Notes: a model not told the origin generated them from the letters alone. Positions 13,670-27,500 are shown, counted from the first letter of the whole stretch. The stretch is 57,419 nt of DNA, filler included, from Platydemus manokwari (GCA_037951405.1; 4 parts of 4 records of this genome joined end to end with filler, not necessarily neighbours in it); one strand, 5' to 3'. Made by a program: numbers and translations.

Positions 13670-15034
13670 TTAAATACTTAAACAACACAAATCGTTGAAT
13701 AATCGATTTGGGATTCGAGATTTATTCAAAACCAGTTTCAATTTAATGATATTCCATAAACAGGTTTGATATAATGATAATGGTTCGGCTCGAATCCGTT
13801 CCAATCTCGTCTGAATCCGTTCGACTTGGAATATAAGATTATTTCTACAGCCGCCGATGATATAAATCCATCCATCTGGCGCAAGTGATGCAGAATGCCA
13901 CATTCGACTGACAGGAGTGAGATAGTTCTTGGTATTCCAACTGTTTTCATCGATAAATGGATCCCAAATTGCTTGTTGAAAACAATGAGCCTTTTTAGTC
14001 ACAATAACATCATGGTTTTCATTAACTTTCACAACATAAGCATCGGAAAGTGGAACATTTTCCCCAGAAAATCCACCAATTATGAAAAATGTTTCATCAG
14101 AAATTGGAGTTAAAGTGGTCCACGATCGACCAATAATACTGGAATCGGCCAGTGTTAATTGTGTCCAATGAAATGTGATTAGATCGAGGTAATAGAATTG
14201 ATTTGATCGAATCGTTGCTGCGGTATTCTTTACTCCCAACCGCCCACCAAAAATAAACATTTTGTCTCCGCTCACTGCAGCACAATGAGCTGCTCTAGGA
14301 CAAGGAACAGATCCATATGTGGGAGGATTTTTCCATTTGTTCGTCGACAAAGAAAATAACAACAGCTGATTTGTCCACCCGCGGTTGCCACTGCCTGAAA
14401 TATATTCGCCATGATCGGCTAGGAAATTATGACCTTGATCATTTTCTTGATTTTCAGCTTGCTTGAAATTCGAACCATAACCACCGAAAACAATTAATTG
14501 ATTTTTCCAATAAATAATTGAAGCTTTATCACGATACGAAGGATAATTAATATGGTTTTCTTCACTGATCCCATCGTATGAACCAGCAAGAAACTTTAAG
14601 CAGGCTGTTGGCTTACCATTACAAATTGATTTTATGTCTAACGATTCAAATGATTCCACATCTTTATTTATTTCAATGTAATACAATGCATTTCCTGCTT
14701 CTTGCTTTGATAATGAATAACCACCAAATAAATAAATCCGATTGTTAAATGAGCAACAAGCCATTCCTGATGCACAGAAGAATTCTGTTGGGAAAGAACC
14801 AATAGATTCTGTATCATATGAGCATTCAACAGTGTCCAATTGACTGGTTAATATATTGTAATAAAGGACACTGTGTTTATCGAAAGCAATTATTGTTCGA
14901 AGATCATTTTCATATGATATTCGATAACCACCAATTAGAAATATATAATGTCCAACAGTAGCTGAGACATGAGCCATTGGTGGCTCAGTAAGCTGCGAAA
15001 ATGCTGATGAATCAAAACTGAATATATACTCCAT
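13670..15034 (-). CDS. Kelch domain-containing protein 1/2-like (CRL substrate receptor), single exon
   Basis: Six Kelch repeats with GG motifs (IFLIGGY, IYLFGGY, LIVFGGYG, MFIFGGR, FFIIGGF, IYIIGG). GWTN, PCPRAAH and GRSWTTLT match KLHDC2 hallmarks. C-terminal BC-box/cullin-box PLSLYQTCL..IPNRL. First ATG is at 15034. Confidence 0.88.
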   Translation of the reverse strand: MEYIFSFDSSAFSQLTEPPMAHVSATVGHYIFLIGGYRISYENDLRTIIAFDKHSVLYYNILTSQLDTVECSYDTESIGSFPTEFFCASGMACCSFNNRIYLFGGYSLSKQEAGNALYYIEINKDVESFESLDIKSICNGKPTACLKFLAGSYDGISEENHINYPSYRDKASIIYWKNQLIVFGGYGSNFKQAENQENDQGHNFLADHGEYISGSGNRGWTNQLLLFSLSTNKWKNPPTYGSVPCPRAAHCAAVSGDKMFIFGGRLGVKNTAATIRSNQFYYLDLITFHWTQLTLADSSIIGRSWTTLTPISDETFFIIGGFSGENVPLSDAYVVKVNENHDVIVTKKAHCFQQAIWDPFIDENSWNTKNYLTPVSRMWHSASLAPDGWIYIIGGCRNNLIFQVERIQTRLERIRAEPLSLYQTCLWNIIKLKLVLNKSRIPNRLFNDLCCLSI

Positions 15035-15879
15035 TCCAAACAATATTTTTATCAAAATAATTATTTAAAATATTTTAAATATATATGGAACATCAACTAT
15101 ATCATTTTCATACAGTCCATTAATTATTAAAATTAATACTTCGTAAATATAAACCGATTTGACTAATTTAAATTTCCCAAAACTTTGAAATTAAATTGTA
15201 ATATATAGATCTAAAACGCTTAAACAATTATATTTATTATATATTATTTTATTTATAAAGGTATCGATAAAATTTATGCAGGTGTATTACATGAATTAAA
15301 TTAGCCTGAAGAATAAGCAGTACAATGAGATCTTGTGTAAGTGTTTAAAAGATTAATTATTTTTACAATGTGCTAGTTAAAGTATACGCACAGTACAATA
15401 TTTACATATTGAATTGCAGTTTGCATTTGTCTAATTATGAACACATAGTAAATCAAATCGGAAAATAAAAAAGCTTTTGACTGAAATATATTTTCATTAA
15501 CCGATCAATAAAGGAAAATTAAAAAAATCCTCATATGATATACAAGTCAGTCAATTATGCTGGTTTAAAGAGTGTGAACCTTTTATGTATAAGATCAAGG
15601 AGTGACAAAATAATCCATCTTCAATTACTAATATGATTTTGTTTACATAAATAACGAATGCTAATTTCAAATTGAAGATTTAAATAGATTTGAAAATTAC
15701 AATTTAAATCACGGTTCATAACATGCTGTTCTAAGTAAATTCTGATACTCCATACATATGTAACAAATTGATTAATAAATAATAATTTCAGAGACTGATA
15801 AGTTGAAGTAGATATGAGTAGCTTTGGGTAAATGATTTTTGCTGAGGGAAATTCGACAACCTCTCTTTTCAGCATCACA

Positions 15880-16130
15880 TTTCCTTAAATTTGTAGACAC
15901 TGATTATAGTTGGTCTTCCGTGACTTGGTTCACTTAGTCGTAACCCATCCATATTAATTCTTCGTCTAACAATATTTTTAAGCCAATCGAACATTAGAAT
16001 TTTTAATCCGTGTCTCTTCAATGTGCTTATTTCTCACTCATTGCACTCAATTGTACTCCAGTGTCTATTATCTGCTTTCTGATACATCTATGAATGCTTT
16101 TTCTATCTTTCCTCGTCTTTCTTCTTTACT
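15880..16130 (-). mobile_element. LTR-retrotransposon aspartic protease relic
   Basis: Minus strand reads IDTGVQLSAMSEK (DTG protease motif) amid stops. Confidence 0.5.
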
Positions 16131-17091
16131 TTTATTCTATCTTTATATCAAAGCTTATTATTTCAAAAGTTACAAGCGTTTTTTCTAATGTTAAAACGAA
16201 ATCAATTATTTAAGATTTATCTAACTATTATAATATTTACCACATTACAAATTGACCGATTTAAAATTGAAATTTAGTGTAATTAATTTAATTCAATTTC
16301 GAATATTGCTTATGAATGTCTTGAATTATCTGACGACCGTAATGATTCGAATATCTTCCAGAAGGATTTGTGTTTTTGAACTGCGAATCCGATTGAGCAA
16401 AATTTAGTACTGAGGTTTTTTACTGAATTAATAGTGCCAAATTATGATGCCTCTGAACGCGTTTGCAGTTCTGTGGTGAATTTTTTGTACCAAAATAATA
16501 GTGCCTCTGAACACGGGCATGACTTTTCCGATAAAGAATTGGACGAATTCTGCTTTGAATTGCTTGCTTATATAGCTTCGATTTTGTGAGCGTCATGATT
16601 AATTTTGAAATTTTCTTATTTTTCTATGATTATTTTCTTTGTTAGATATATAGATAGAACACAATTGATATAAACGAGAATCATATATAATGTTCACCCA
16701 ACACGGTAATTTCGCTAAGTCATCAGTAAGAATTCACTGAAAGATTTCTATTCTCTTGTTCCTTCTTATTATTGAAACCTTATTGTGAACAAGGGTGTTG
16801 TTTATATATGTTTTAGATGATTTATCGATTTAATTAACTATTACCATTCGTTGAGTCCGATTTTTGGCTTGTCTATTTACTTCCAAAGAATTATTTGGTA
16901 TATTATTGAAATCAAATAGTAAAAATTAAAATTTTAAAAGTACAATAATAAGTTAGTATAAGCATATTTATTACATAATTATAATTAATAAACAATATTT
17001 TAATTTTTGCTATATTGTTATGTAATTTGAATTATGAATTTCAGTTATTAGTTTTAATAATCAAGACAAATAAATAACATTCAAATAGACA

Positions 17092-17635
17092 ATGTCTCCT
17101 TTCCCCCTCATTAAGTTGGCCACGCTTGTTTTTAAACAAGCTAGTAAACCTCTTGCCAATTTTTTTAAGAATCGAGCAAAAACAAATTTATTTTTTAAGC
17201 AATACATTTGTATGCCACCAGCACAATGTTAATTTAAATTATTTTGAACTAATATTTAATATTATTGTTAAATAATTTTGTTTACCACTTTTTAGTTTAT
17301 TCTATTTGTTTTTAGTATATCATTTTTATGAAACAAATCTCAAGATGAAATTACTTGGTCTCGGAAAAGCAAAAACTGTGGCGAAGTTGAATGATGAAGC
17401 TGCTGCTCAATTAGGAGCAGAAATGTTAGGAGAGTTGATAGTTTTTAGTATTGGAGTACTTTGTTTAGCTTTTGAATATCAACGACAACAAAATAAAGAT
17501 AAATCTAAAGAAGAATTTATTAATGAAAGATTATTTGACCTTCAAAAGTCAGTAAATTTGATAACACTTCAAATTGAAAACCAAGATGCTAAAATCAGAG
17601 AAATGAGTCGAGAGTTGGATAGAAATAGAAAATAA
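17092..17635 (+). CDS. OPA3: Optic atrophy 3 protein homolog, 2 exons
   Basis: Exon 1, 17092-17227: MSPFPLIKLATLVFKQASKPLANFFKNRAK..YICMPPAQ. Exon 2, 17316-17635: LNDEAAAQLGAEMLGELIVF..EYQRQ plus a coiled coil. These are diagnostic OPA3 motifs. Confidence 0.95.
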
Positions 17636-19049
17636 TCATTATTAAAATGTATTTGAATTGTTTAATTAGATTTTTCTTTTTAATTTTCATTCGCAGAGGT
17701 TTATATTGGAGAAAATTTTGAAGATTTTTTTGTATCTAAAATGTTTTTATTAGTTAAAGTCAATTTTTATTCTCAAGACGTTAGGTTGAAATTATGAATC
17801 ACTTTTGCAGTAATTGATCTATGTGTGAAATTGTTTCTTTTTGTCATGGATTGTCGATAGCATAAATAATATTGTCCTTATGAGTACAATTAGCATGTTT
17901 TAACGTTATTTGAATGGTTTTTATTGGATTTTTGGAAGTGAAAGTGTTAGTATATTGTTATACAACAGTTATTAAGCAATATTTTTCAAATGAAATCTAT
18001 GTCACGTAATAATAGTGAAATAAATTATTCTCTTTCCATAAACAAAATCAATTATAAAAGTGTCCGATTTTGTATGTTTTGTGTGTATTTTTTGTTTCAT
18101 TTAAAGTGAAAGCAATATTTTATGATTGGGTGTCTCAATTGAATGTGATTTGCGTGATGTGAATTCGGTAAAAATACTGATTTTTTCCGATATCGTTAGG
18201 ATGAAGTTTTGAAAAATCCAAAACCTATTAGCAATTATCAAAATACAGGAATATATAAATGTTAAATATATTTCAAATTAAACACTATTATGGGTATCGA
18301 AAAGAATTTAAATACTTGTTAAGACAATTGACGATATTCGCTTATCGTTTTCATTTTAAAATAGTTTTATTTATTTCAACGAGGAATATAGATTTACTAA
18401 AATTAAGAATAATAAAAATTTAAAAAAATTCCAAAATTAAAAATAGACTTCAAATAATAATCTTAATTTGTAATCAATTTACAAACGTATGCTTATGAAA
18501 ATTTAAAATCTTTGTATTTTTCAACTAATTTATAGTTACAATATTGTGATTGAGTGCTATTATTGATTTTTGTTAACAATGCGTTAGTACATGATTTTAT
18601 TATTTGAGCTAAACTGTTAATAATTTGAATGAATAAATTGTTTATAAAACTCAATAAACAAAATTTTCAAGATTTGTGTTCACAGGTTGTAGTTCACTGT
18701 GAATTTGTTATACAGCTTTAATATGAAGATCATAGCATGGTATGTCAGAATCAAATTATAATTTTTAAATACGCACTATTATTACAAATTCCAGTATACT
18801 AGCAAAAATCAACATGTATGTACGTGTTTATAAGAATGCTCAATATCTCTGAATCAATAATAGAAACTTTACATATATAGCTTTTACAAATAACTATATG
18901 TACCAATAAAATTTTATTAATATTCAGATGAAAACGTGATGATGTTTAAATAATTTTTGACAGTAATAAATAAATAAATGGCTATTAATGTAATTGATTG
19001 TTTTCCTGATTTGGTCATTCATTTATTGTAACTACAGGTGATTTAAGAG

Positions 19050-19405
19050 TCTTTAGTTTGATGATATTGTACGTTGTAGATGCATTGTATTCACTGCTGA
19101 ATTTCCAAACGATCCTCTAAAATTCTAGAGAAGAAACTTCGTTAATCCAAATAAAATATAAATTCTTAGAATCGCAAGTTTTCCAATAACTTATGAATTG
19201 TATGTGTTAGTATGCAACAAAAGCGAGTAAGATGCTTACAAAGACCTTGATATAACCCTCAAAAGACTCAGTACACATAGACTCGATGATCACACGTGTC
19301 AGTAGAAAATCAGATATCTCAAAAATACCAATCCATAAATAGAATTCGATCGAGATGGCGCATATCAACAACCGAAAGCAAATATCAAGGTAACCAAATG
19401 GCTCG
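19050..19405 (+). mobile_element. Degenerate Ty3/Gypsy reverse transcriptase fragment
   Basis: VLVCNKSE*DAYKDLDITLKRLSTHRL resembles the post-YxDD RT segment. It contains stops and is cut by the gap. Confidence 0.45.
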
Positions 19406-19505
19406 NNNNNNNNNNNNNNNNNNNNNNNNNNNNNNNNNNNNNNNNNNNNTTAATTAATTAANNNNNNNNNNNNNNNNNNNNNNNNNNNNNNNNNNNNNNN
19501 NNNNN
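19406..19505. other. Assembly spacer (N44-TTAATTAATTAA-N44)
   Basis: 100-nt gap containing a six-frame-stop linker. Confidence 0.97.
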
Positions 19506-20170
19506 AGATAAATTAAATTAACAATAATAAGAAAGGTTAAATTAGATAATTAATAAAAAAGGTCAAATCAAAATTATTAAGAAAGGTTAAAATTTAATAA
19601 TAATATTTAAGGTCTTAAACTTTATAAATTATGAATAATAAAGACCAAAGTAATAAAATAGTTAAATGATTTATAAACGTGATGGAAATCCCCGGGTACA
19701 AAGTACCAGATATCAACGACTATATAAGTAGAGGGATTTCCATCACAATTCACTCACAAATAAAATCCGACGACTAGAGCGATAATAAAGCGAATAATCG
19801 AATTATTTGAAAAGGTAAACAGTTGAGAAAAAATCGTTTATTTAGTTAATCTCTGAAGGATCAACCTTTGGAGGCTGTTTAATATTAATTTATTTTAAAA
19901 TCTATATTACCAAAATAGTAAGGAGTTTTTTTGGTTCTCACGATCTCGGTGAGATTACCTCAGAACATTTGTTTTACTAAAAAGAATCTTGTTTGAGTTA
20001 AACTGCGTGTTAGTTTGCTTGTATTTTGTAGTTTCAATAAAGCTTGATTTGAATTCTCGTGTGTTAATATTGTCACATATATAAACAAACTAATAAATAC
20101 AACACACGGACTCACACTGTTGAGTTGTGAACTAACAAACAACAAAATAATATTCAACCACAACCCAACA
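19506..20170 (+). mobile_element. LTR-like segment, 5' end lost in the gap
   Basis: TATATAAG at 19721 inside a 14-bp inverted repeat. It ends in CAACCACAACCCAACA, similar to the ends of the LTR-like blocks near 760 and 42541. Confidence 0.45.
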
Positions 20171-20480
20171 GATGCTACTTTTTTAAAAAGCACGCATTGA
20201 AAACTAACTGAAAAGTAACAACACCAAATTATCTAATGAGAACAATTATTTAAATAAATGAATATCATTTACATAAAAATTTTGAAATCCTCATTCCCAT
20301 GAATGATGAATAATAATACCTTTATATTTATGAATGATGAAAATTTCAAATAAATAAACCTATCTAACAACTTAGACACTATTCCTTAAAAATAAGTTAT
20401 TCCATCAAATTAATTAAAACATCCTCCTATTTTAGTCAAAATAAAATAATAGAAAAGAATTAAATTGTAAAACATAGACC

Positions 20481-20640
20481 ATGGCTATAAATATCGAAAC
20501 AACTAAGCTCCTTAAATCCGATCAGAAGGTACCGAAATTGCTCGAAAATATATTTTCCTATCAAAGTGTTGCGCATTATATGCCCAGAATATGTACTGGA
20601 AGAACCAGTGCGATTCAATTGCCACGGCCAAGATAGAAGG
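20481..20640 (+). mobile_element. Possible FLYWCH/MULE transposase N-terminal relic
   Basis: LLKSDQKVPKLLENIFSY resembles the FLYWCH start; Cys motifs follow in a shifted frame. Confidence 0.25.
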
Positions 20641-21586
20641 AAATCGCAAATTATATTTGAGTTAACACTCATATACGCATAATATTTATATTTATCAAGC
20701 GTAGCTCAAATATCTTTAAAATCGGTTTCACTCCCCTATGTAGAATATTAATTGGTAAGTATTGGTGTGTATCTAATGTGTACAATCTTATTGTAACCTG
20801 CATTGTTATAATTGTCACAGCTGTAATTTGATTTATTCATATATTAATGTAATAATAAACGTTTTATTAAAATAATTTAGTTTTGCTATCGCATTTGGCA
20901 AGTGCTCTAAAGTTACCATCACATTTTTCAATTAAATTGCCACCTACATTATCGTTTCATCGCATTTTAAATTAAAAAAATAAACTCATGTTTGCCAGTA
21001 CTTTATAGTTGGTAATCACTATCCTTATTTCGATTTTGTAACTTTTTAGAGTTGCGTGTCAACAATGTTATTGAACTTGTGTGAATTGTCATTCAATCAA
21101 TTACAATCTCCCGTCATTCAGTTTAATTATTCATCATAAGACTACGTCAAAGCATTAATAGTAATTAATTTCAACGCTTCAGATATAATTAAAATCTCAT
21201 TAAATTTAGAATAAAAATATCAAATTGTCTCTTTAAATATTTATCATTATTATTTTTATATATTAAAATTTTATTATAAATGTTTATAGTATCACGATTC
21301 TCCCACACTATTAGAGATGCGCTTTATTTATTTTTATTCAGAAACAAATGAGAAATATATTTAATTGTTTCTCTAATTTATGAAAGGTTGTATGAAAACA
21401 AAAAATATATATTATATCACAAAGAAATATCAGGATCCATCAAATGGATCCAATCTGATATGGTAAAATATGGAAATTCATGATATTAATCAATAAAAAG
21501 TGCGCAGAAACGTCATGATAGGCAACAAGAAAACAGATAAATAAAGCGAAGAAAAAGTACAGCAAATCCATAAAATAAAATTATAC

Positions 21587-24500
21587 TCAAAATTTGTCTT
21601 CATAAAAATATTCCGAATTCGCACCACCAATAGATCTCGATAATTTTGTATAGGTAGTAGAAACCGAATCACCAGAAGATGTAAGTATCCCAGCTTTGGC
21701 ATCGGTGATGACACCCCAAAAATCAAAAATGAGACTATTGGGAAATCCAAACTCGCCCATCTCGTCAGTGAGTTGATCATTAAAATCGGAGGGATTTTTC
21801 ACACGTTTTCCGATATCGAGGATATTTTGAGCTGCGAATATATATGATTGTGGTATTTAGCATATTCTAGCCTTTATTCAATAATGCTTAAAAGAATAAC
21901 GAGAAAAAGTGCAAATTACTCAAAATGAGATTTGTTTTAATATTAAAAACAAACGGTGTGGTTTTCAAAAATAGAATAAAATATTGATGCAAATGACTTA
22001 TGTTTTTACTGGCGACCACGTCAGGACGAGATCGCAATATTGGCGGCCCAGGTTTGATGGAGCAATTGAAATACATCCTAACAGCGAAAGCCAGCCACAA
22101 AAACATTTTGAAAATAGAATAAAATATTGATGCAAACGACTTATGTTTTTACTAAGTTTAAGGATTCCAAGTTGAAAATAACGATGTTTTACTTGCTTGT
22201 AATACCCAGACAAAACGTTATTAATAAATGAAAATCCGAAGATATGGTGGGTTTGATGACTAAAACACAGAAAATTTCAACTGATAAAAACATTAATAGG
22301 CAGACTTCCTAATACTTTCTATTTATCAGTATCTGGTAGAATCTCAAATCCAATATTTGCTCATCGGTGGATTCGAACACAGTGTCACTTTATTCAAATT
22401 CACTACAATTTAACACTAGACTGCAAGCAAGTATTGAGATAGAATTTTGATTTTACAGGCCCCCATACTTAAACGGCATTAACAATCACATTTCGAAGTA
22501 ACATAAGTCCATTTTATATTTAAAGATTTTCCAGAATAGTAATAGATTACAATTAAATTTTCTTGGTTCAATTCATGAGGACATTACATTACACAGGCAC
22601 TGTTCATTAGATATAAACAAAATAAATCACACAAAGTTTACTTAAATCTTGTTTGAATTCATATTTCTAATTATACTTATACCACGAAGATTACAGTGAT
22701 TTTAGATTTAACACTTTCTCAAGATTTAACCCAACGGTAACTGATAAAAAATTGAGGTCAAGTAATTGTGGGTTAGGGGTGATATGTTGATGATTGATAA
22801 TGATAATCGAATGAATTAAGACTCCATCAATTTCCGATGACTAGATCACGATATCAATCCATAAATATACCGGATATCATTAATGATAATATATCGATCA
22901 ATATATCCTCATATCATTATCAATATCATTTTAATGGAAACAAAATTATTATAAAACATTTTTAAAGAATGAAACACACCCATTTCATTGTCGGATATTC
23001 CAAGGGATTTCTCAACAAGTCGACTGATTGCTTCAATAGCAAGCTCATCCATATCACAACTCTAAAATAGATCATTTTAACTATTATAATAATAAAATCA
23101 ATGACAGATATAAATAATCAATTATTTTATTAAATTAATCAAATTTAAAAATGCTTGAGTTTGACCAAATTATTATTCTCATCGGAAATATTAAATATTT
23201 ATTTGAATATCTACCAAGGTATTATTCATCTTTATATAATATTATGGTTGCTCAATTGACGAAAATATTGATCCATAATCAATATTGATCGAAAGAAAAT
23301 CAATTGGCGAACAATTAATTTATCGAAAATACGTTACAGAATACCAGTTCGAAATTTAAAGTCCCTCTTGTCACATGATTTACCAAAGATTGTTATCAAA
23401 AAATATGATCTTTATCACCTATAAATTATCAGCAATTTGTTTTGATATATGTTTTTGTAGGAGTTTCCATGTTTTTAATGCTAAAGATTCATCTGTAAAA
23501 CCATATTTTATCCCGATAAATAATAATTTTCTAATCGCAAATACCTCTTGTTATCTGCCATGATATCTATCAAAGTCAAAAACCCTGGAAATATCATAGA
23601 AGATTTCGGAAACCCATGTTAAAAACCAAAATAAATAATTTTATGAAATATAAATAATTAACAAAATAAAAATAGATCATACAGTATCCATGACAACGAG
23701 AGGCAAGGACAGTTTTTGTTAAAGTTGTAAATCAGATTTATTCATTTTAATTATTTGTTTTAATCAAAAGAAAACCTATGGTTGTTTTAGAAATAAAAAA
23801 AAATCGGTTCCGTTCGCCAGCAACCACATTTGGAATCTGTAATACAAGAACGGGAAATTATAATATGAAAAATAAAATTTTTTGGTGGAAACAAATACAA
23901 ATAAATTAAAAAAAATAAAAATTCTAATTTTATTCAAAACAAAAATTAGGAAGCCCTACAAATAAAGCCAAAATCAATTACTATACAAAATCAAAATTAT
24001 CCAAAGCCAATTAAATGCAATGAGCAATCTCTCATTAACATAAAATTTCACCAGATAATTAAATGATGAAATAAAAGTAAATTTGTTTCAAAATCCATTG
24101 TTTGAATCCAATTTTAGATCTATATTAGATAGACATGATCAACAATAGAATGAAAATTTGTTCTCATTATAAAATCGATATAAATAGAAATTCAATAAAT
24201 ATCAACAAAAACAATCTTAGATCCGGTTTCCAGAAATAGGATCAAAATATATTTCACATTAAAATATATATTAAATAATTTAGTGACAATCTAGCAAAAA
24301 AAATCTTATCGGATAAAAATTTTTTGAAATTTTATTGAAGACACAAACATGAATTTCAGATCATTTTAGAAAATAACATGTCATGTGATCATCATTATTA
24401 TCAAGGTTGAAGTTAACTGTGTGTAAAAACGATGAGTTAATTTTTATCAGTTAATCGATAATAAAGTTGTTTGAAGCACTTAGCTAGTCATTTTCCTGAT

Positions 24501-27500
24501 AAATTATATCTAACTGATGGTCAATATTAATTCTGAATAGTTATCTTTGTTTAGATCAGTGATTCCCAAACTTTCGGGTGTACCGCCCCCTTTTCAGAAT
24601 AAATATTACTTAGCGCCCAAAACTAATGCACACCAATTTTTTTAAACTTTTAGTAGCAACTTATAAAAAATCTTAATGTTACTATCTTTTGTTTCTTAAT
24701 TTTAACTTCTCGTAATATCACAACAAACTAACCTTGCTTTTAGTTTTATATGAGTTAATCATTAAGAGGAATCCCAGAAATACTACCCTCTACCACCAGA
24801 CTTCGGCGTTGCAAGCGACAAAGCGCACAGCAGTAGCATTGATTGCGCGATTACACATCAATAAAAAATAGTGAGAACATACAGTACGTTGTTTAAAGAC
24901 AAGCAAACGAGATACATCAAAATGTTTAATAATCATTTCCTTACATTATTATAGTATTATCGATCCAAAAAAAGGTTGTATTCATCACCGACCCTCTGGA
25001 TCCTTGCAGCGTTCACCTTATTTTAATCAATTTAATAAATATCATAATTATTTCGGCCGATGTTCTTATTAATCTAATACCAATTTTAGTTGTAAACTAA
25101 ATTATCAGAACACGTGTGAAATATTTGATTTGTGTTTTGCGATAAAATAATGCAGTAATAAACATAAAATAAAAATATGGGTCTAAAAATAAAATTAACA
25201 GAAGGATAAAATTGACCGATAATTTTCAGGAATTTGCTTTCACACTTGACGTAAATTTCCTATCGATTCATTAATTTATCGTTATGTTTTCTCAATATAT
25301 GACCTTAATTAAATTACACTTTAATTTAAATAAAATCCTAACGAAATAAGATAAGGGGTTCTTCGTTGGAAATTTATTTACTCGATTTTTCTTAAATTTA
25401 AATTCACTTCTGGTGTCACTGTGGTTTCACTGTGTCGAAGTGGTTTCAAAATCGCTAAAGAAGCATATTATAACGCAATACCAGATCAATTGACCAATCG
25501 AAAGGTAATATTTTTATAAATCACCAATGGAAACGAAATTAGAAATCGAAAAATAATTTTGTCATCATTGATAACTAAGCTCAAAACTCTGCAATACGGA
25601 AACGATTTTCAGAATAATGTGGGTGTTTCTATTTGTGATAAAATGAATTGTTAAACCGATAATTATTCATTGATGTTGCTATCAGACCTTCAGTTATAAT
25701 GTGAAGCATTTTAACAAATAATATTTTATAAATAACATATAAAGAACCAAAGTACCGTTGTTTCTTCTTCATATAAACTGTTAGCATTGATTCGAATGGT
25801 TTTCTTACCATTTCCTATAGTTGCCGAACCTGACCCTGAATATTCTGAACGTTTAGTGAGATTTCCTGAAGGAAATAAAAAAATGAATTCTTAATTTGAC
25901 AATATATTTGTGGTCCGCTTAAAATGGAAACAATATTCATAAATTATAAATATCACGAGCATTATTGATAAAATATCGAACAATTATTCCATTGGCGAAT
26001 ATTTATTTAATGTTATTTATTTTCACCAACAAACTAAAAACAGCTCCAACTTAACATGAAACAATATATGTTATTTTGATCTTAACTCTACATAAGTGTC
26101 AATTTTGGACAGGAAATTCCAGAAAAAGAATATCTTTTCTTGTAAAGTTCACTTTAAAAAAATTGAAATTTTCTTTTAAATATTAGTTAAATGTTTATGA
26201 CAAACTCTAGGGTTTAAGCAAGAGGAAAAACCAAGGTTTGGGCCTTGTGATAGATACAGTGATATAACAAATTATGAACAGCTATCAATGACCAAATGAT
26301 AAATAATCGAGTAGCCGAATAGATTGGTATTCACTAATTAATAAATAGTGAATTCTAAGTCATATCCTAAACTGATGAGTTGAAAGGATCACGAAATAAT
26401 CGATCACCTGACCTCCAGTCATTATTAACATAAAAGAAACAACGTTAAGTGCGCATTAAATATTGAAATGCCTATTTTTACGATATCTTAATATCTTAAT
26501 GAATATAATGGATGGATTTTAAAGTTATTGCATAAATTTGGTTAAAAAACAGAAGTGAGTTAATAATAATAATAAAATATATATAATATCGTTCGGAACA
26601 GCAATTGAAGCCAATTTTCATTTTGACTTTCAATTGTTTTGCCTGCATGTTAACAAATTTCCACTTTGGCAATATCTAGGAAATAATCAATACTCGTTGG
26701 TTTAATACACCCATTTTTATCAAGAAATTAATGATAAAATACGCGCTTGTATCATCAAAATTTTATCAAGAATCTCTGGATTAGTTTTTGTCTATTTATA
26801 TCAATGAAATAGATATCACACATAAAACGCCCAATAAATCATTAGCGAATCAATGAATTTAAAAGATTGTAAATAAATATTTTGTTTTACAAGATATGTC
26901 AATTTCATAGGTTTTCTATTTTTGAAATAATAAACTTATATGAACATATTTTGTTTAAATGCAGTAGTAAAATGTACTTTTATGGTTGACTTCTAAAAGT
27001 CGTTGTCAAATGTGCATACGCAATTGTAGATCAGACTATCCGAATTTATATCATTGGACCTGAATGCAAATGGAATCATAGTGCTCATGGTACCATCAAT
27101 TAAGGGGAACCCACCCTATTAGGTAACATTTTTGTGTTTTAAAAACAATATCTCGGTGATTTATGTTATACAGCCAAGCCTTATTTTGACTGTATTTGTA
27201 CAAAATCTTTATATTATACCAAATAGGGTAGTTCTAAAATGAGCTAATATCATTTGGATTTGATTATGAGAAAATCAATATCAGCAAAGTATAAAAAGAT
27301 AGAAAATATGAACAAAATAAATAATATAAAAAAGATAGAAACTAAACAAAATACAAATAGATTAAAAAAATTCGTTATACAAATAGAGAATTCAAAGAAA
27401 ATTCATTAATAAAGACTTTAAAGAAAAGAATTACGTAAAGATTTTAATGTTTTGATATTTAATTCTTAAATGATCAAGTTCAAAAAAATATAGATAGATT

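Noticed and set aside
10060-14285. Overlapping or antisense ORFs within CMTR1 and KLHDC exons
   Set aside because: These are shadow frames of real coding sequence.
19450-19461. TTAATTAATTAA palindrome recurring three times inside N runs
   Set aside because: Artificial scaffolding linker with six-frame stops; not biological.
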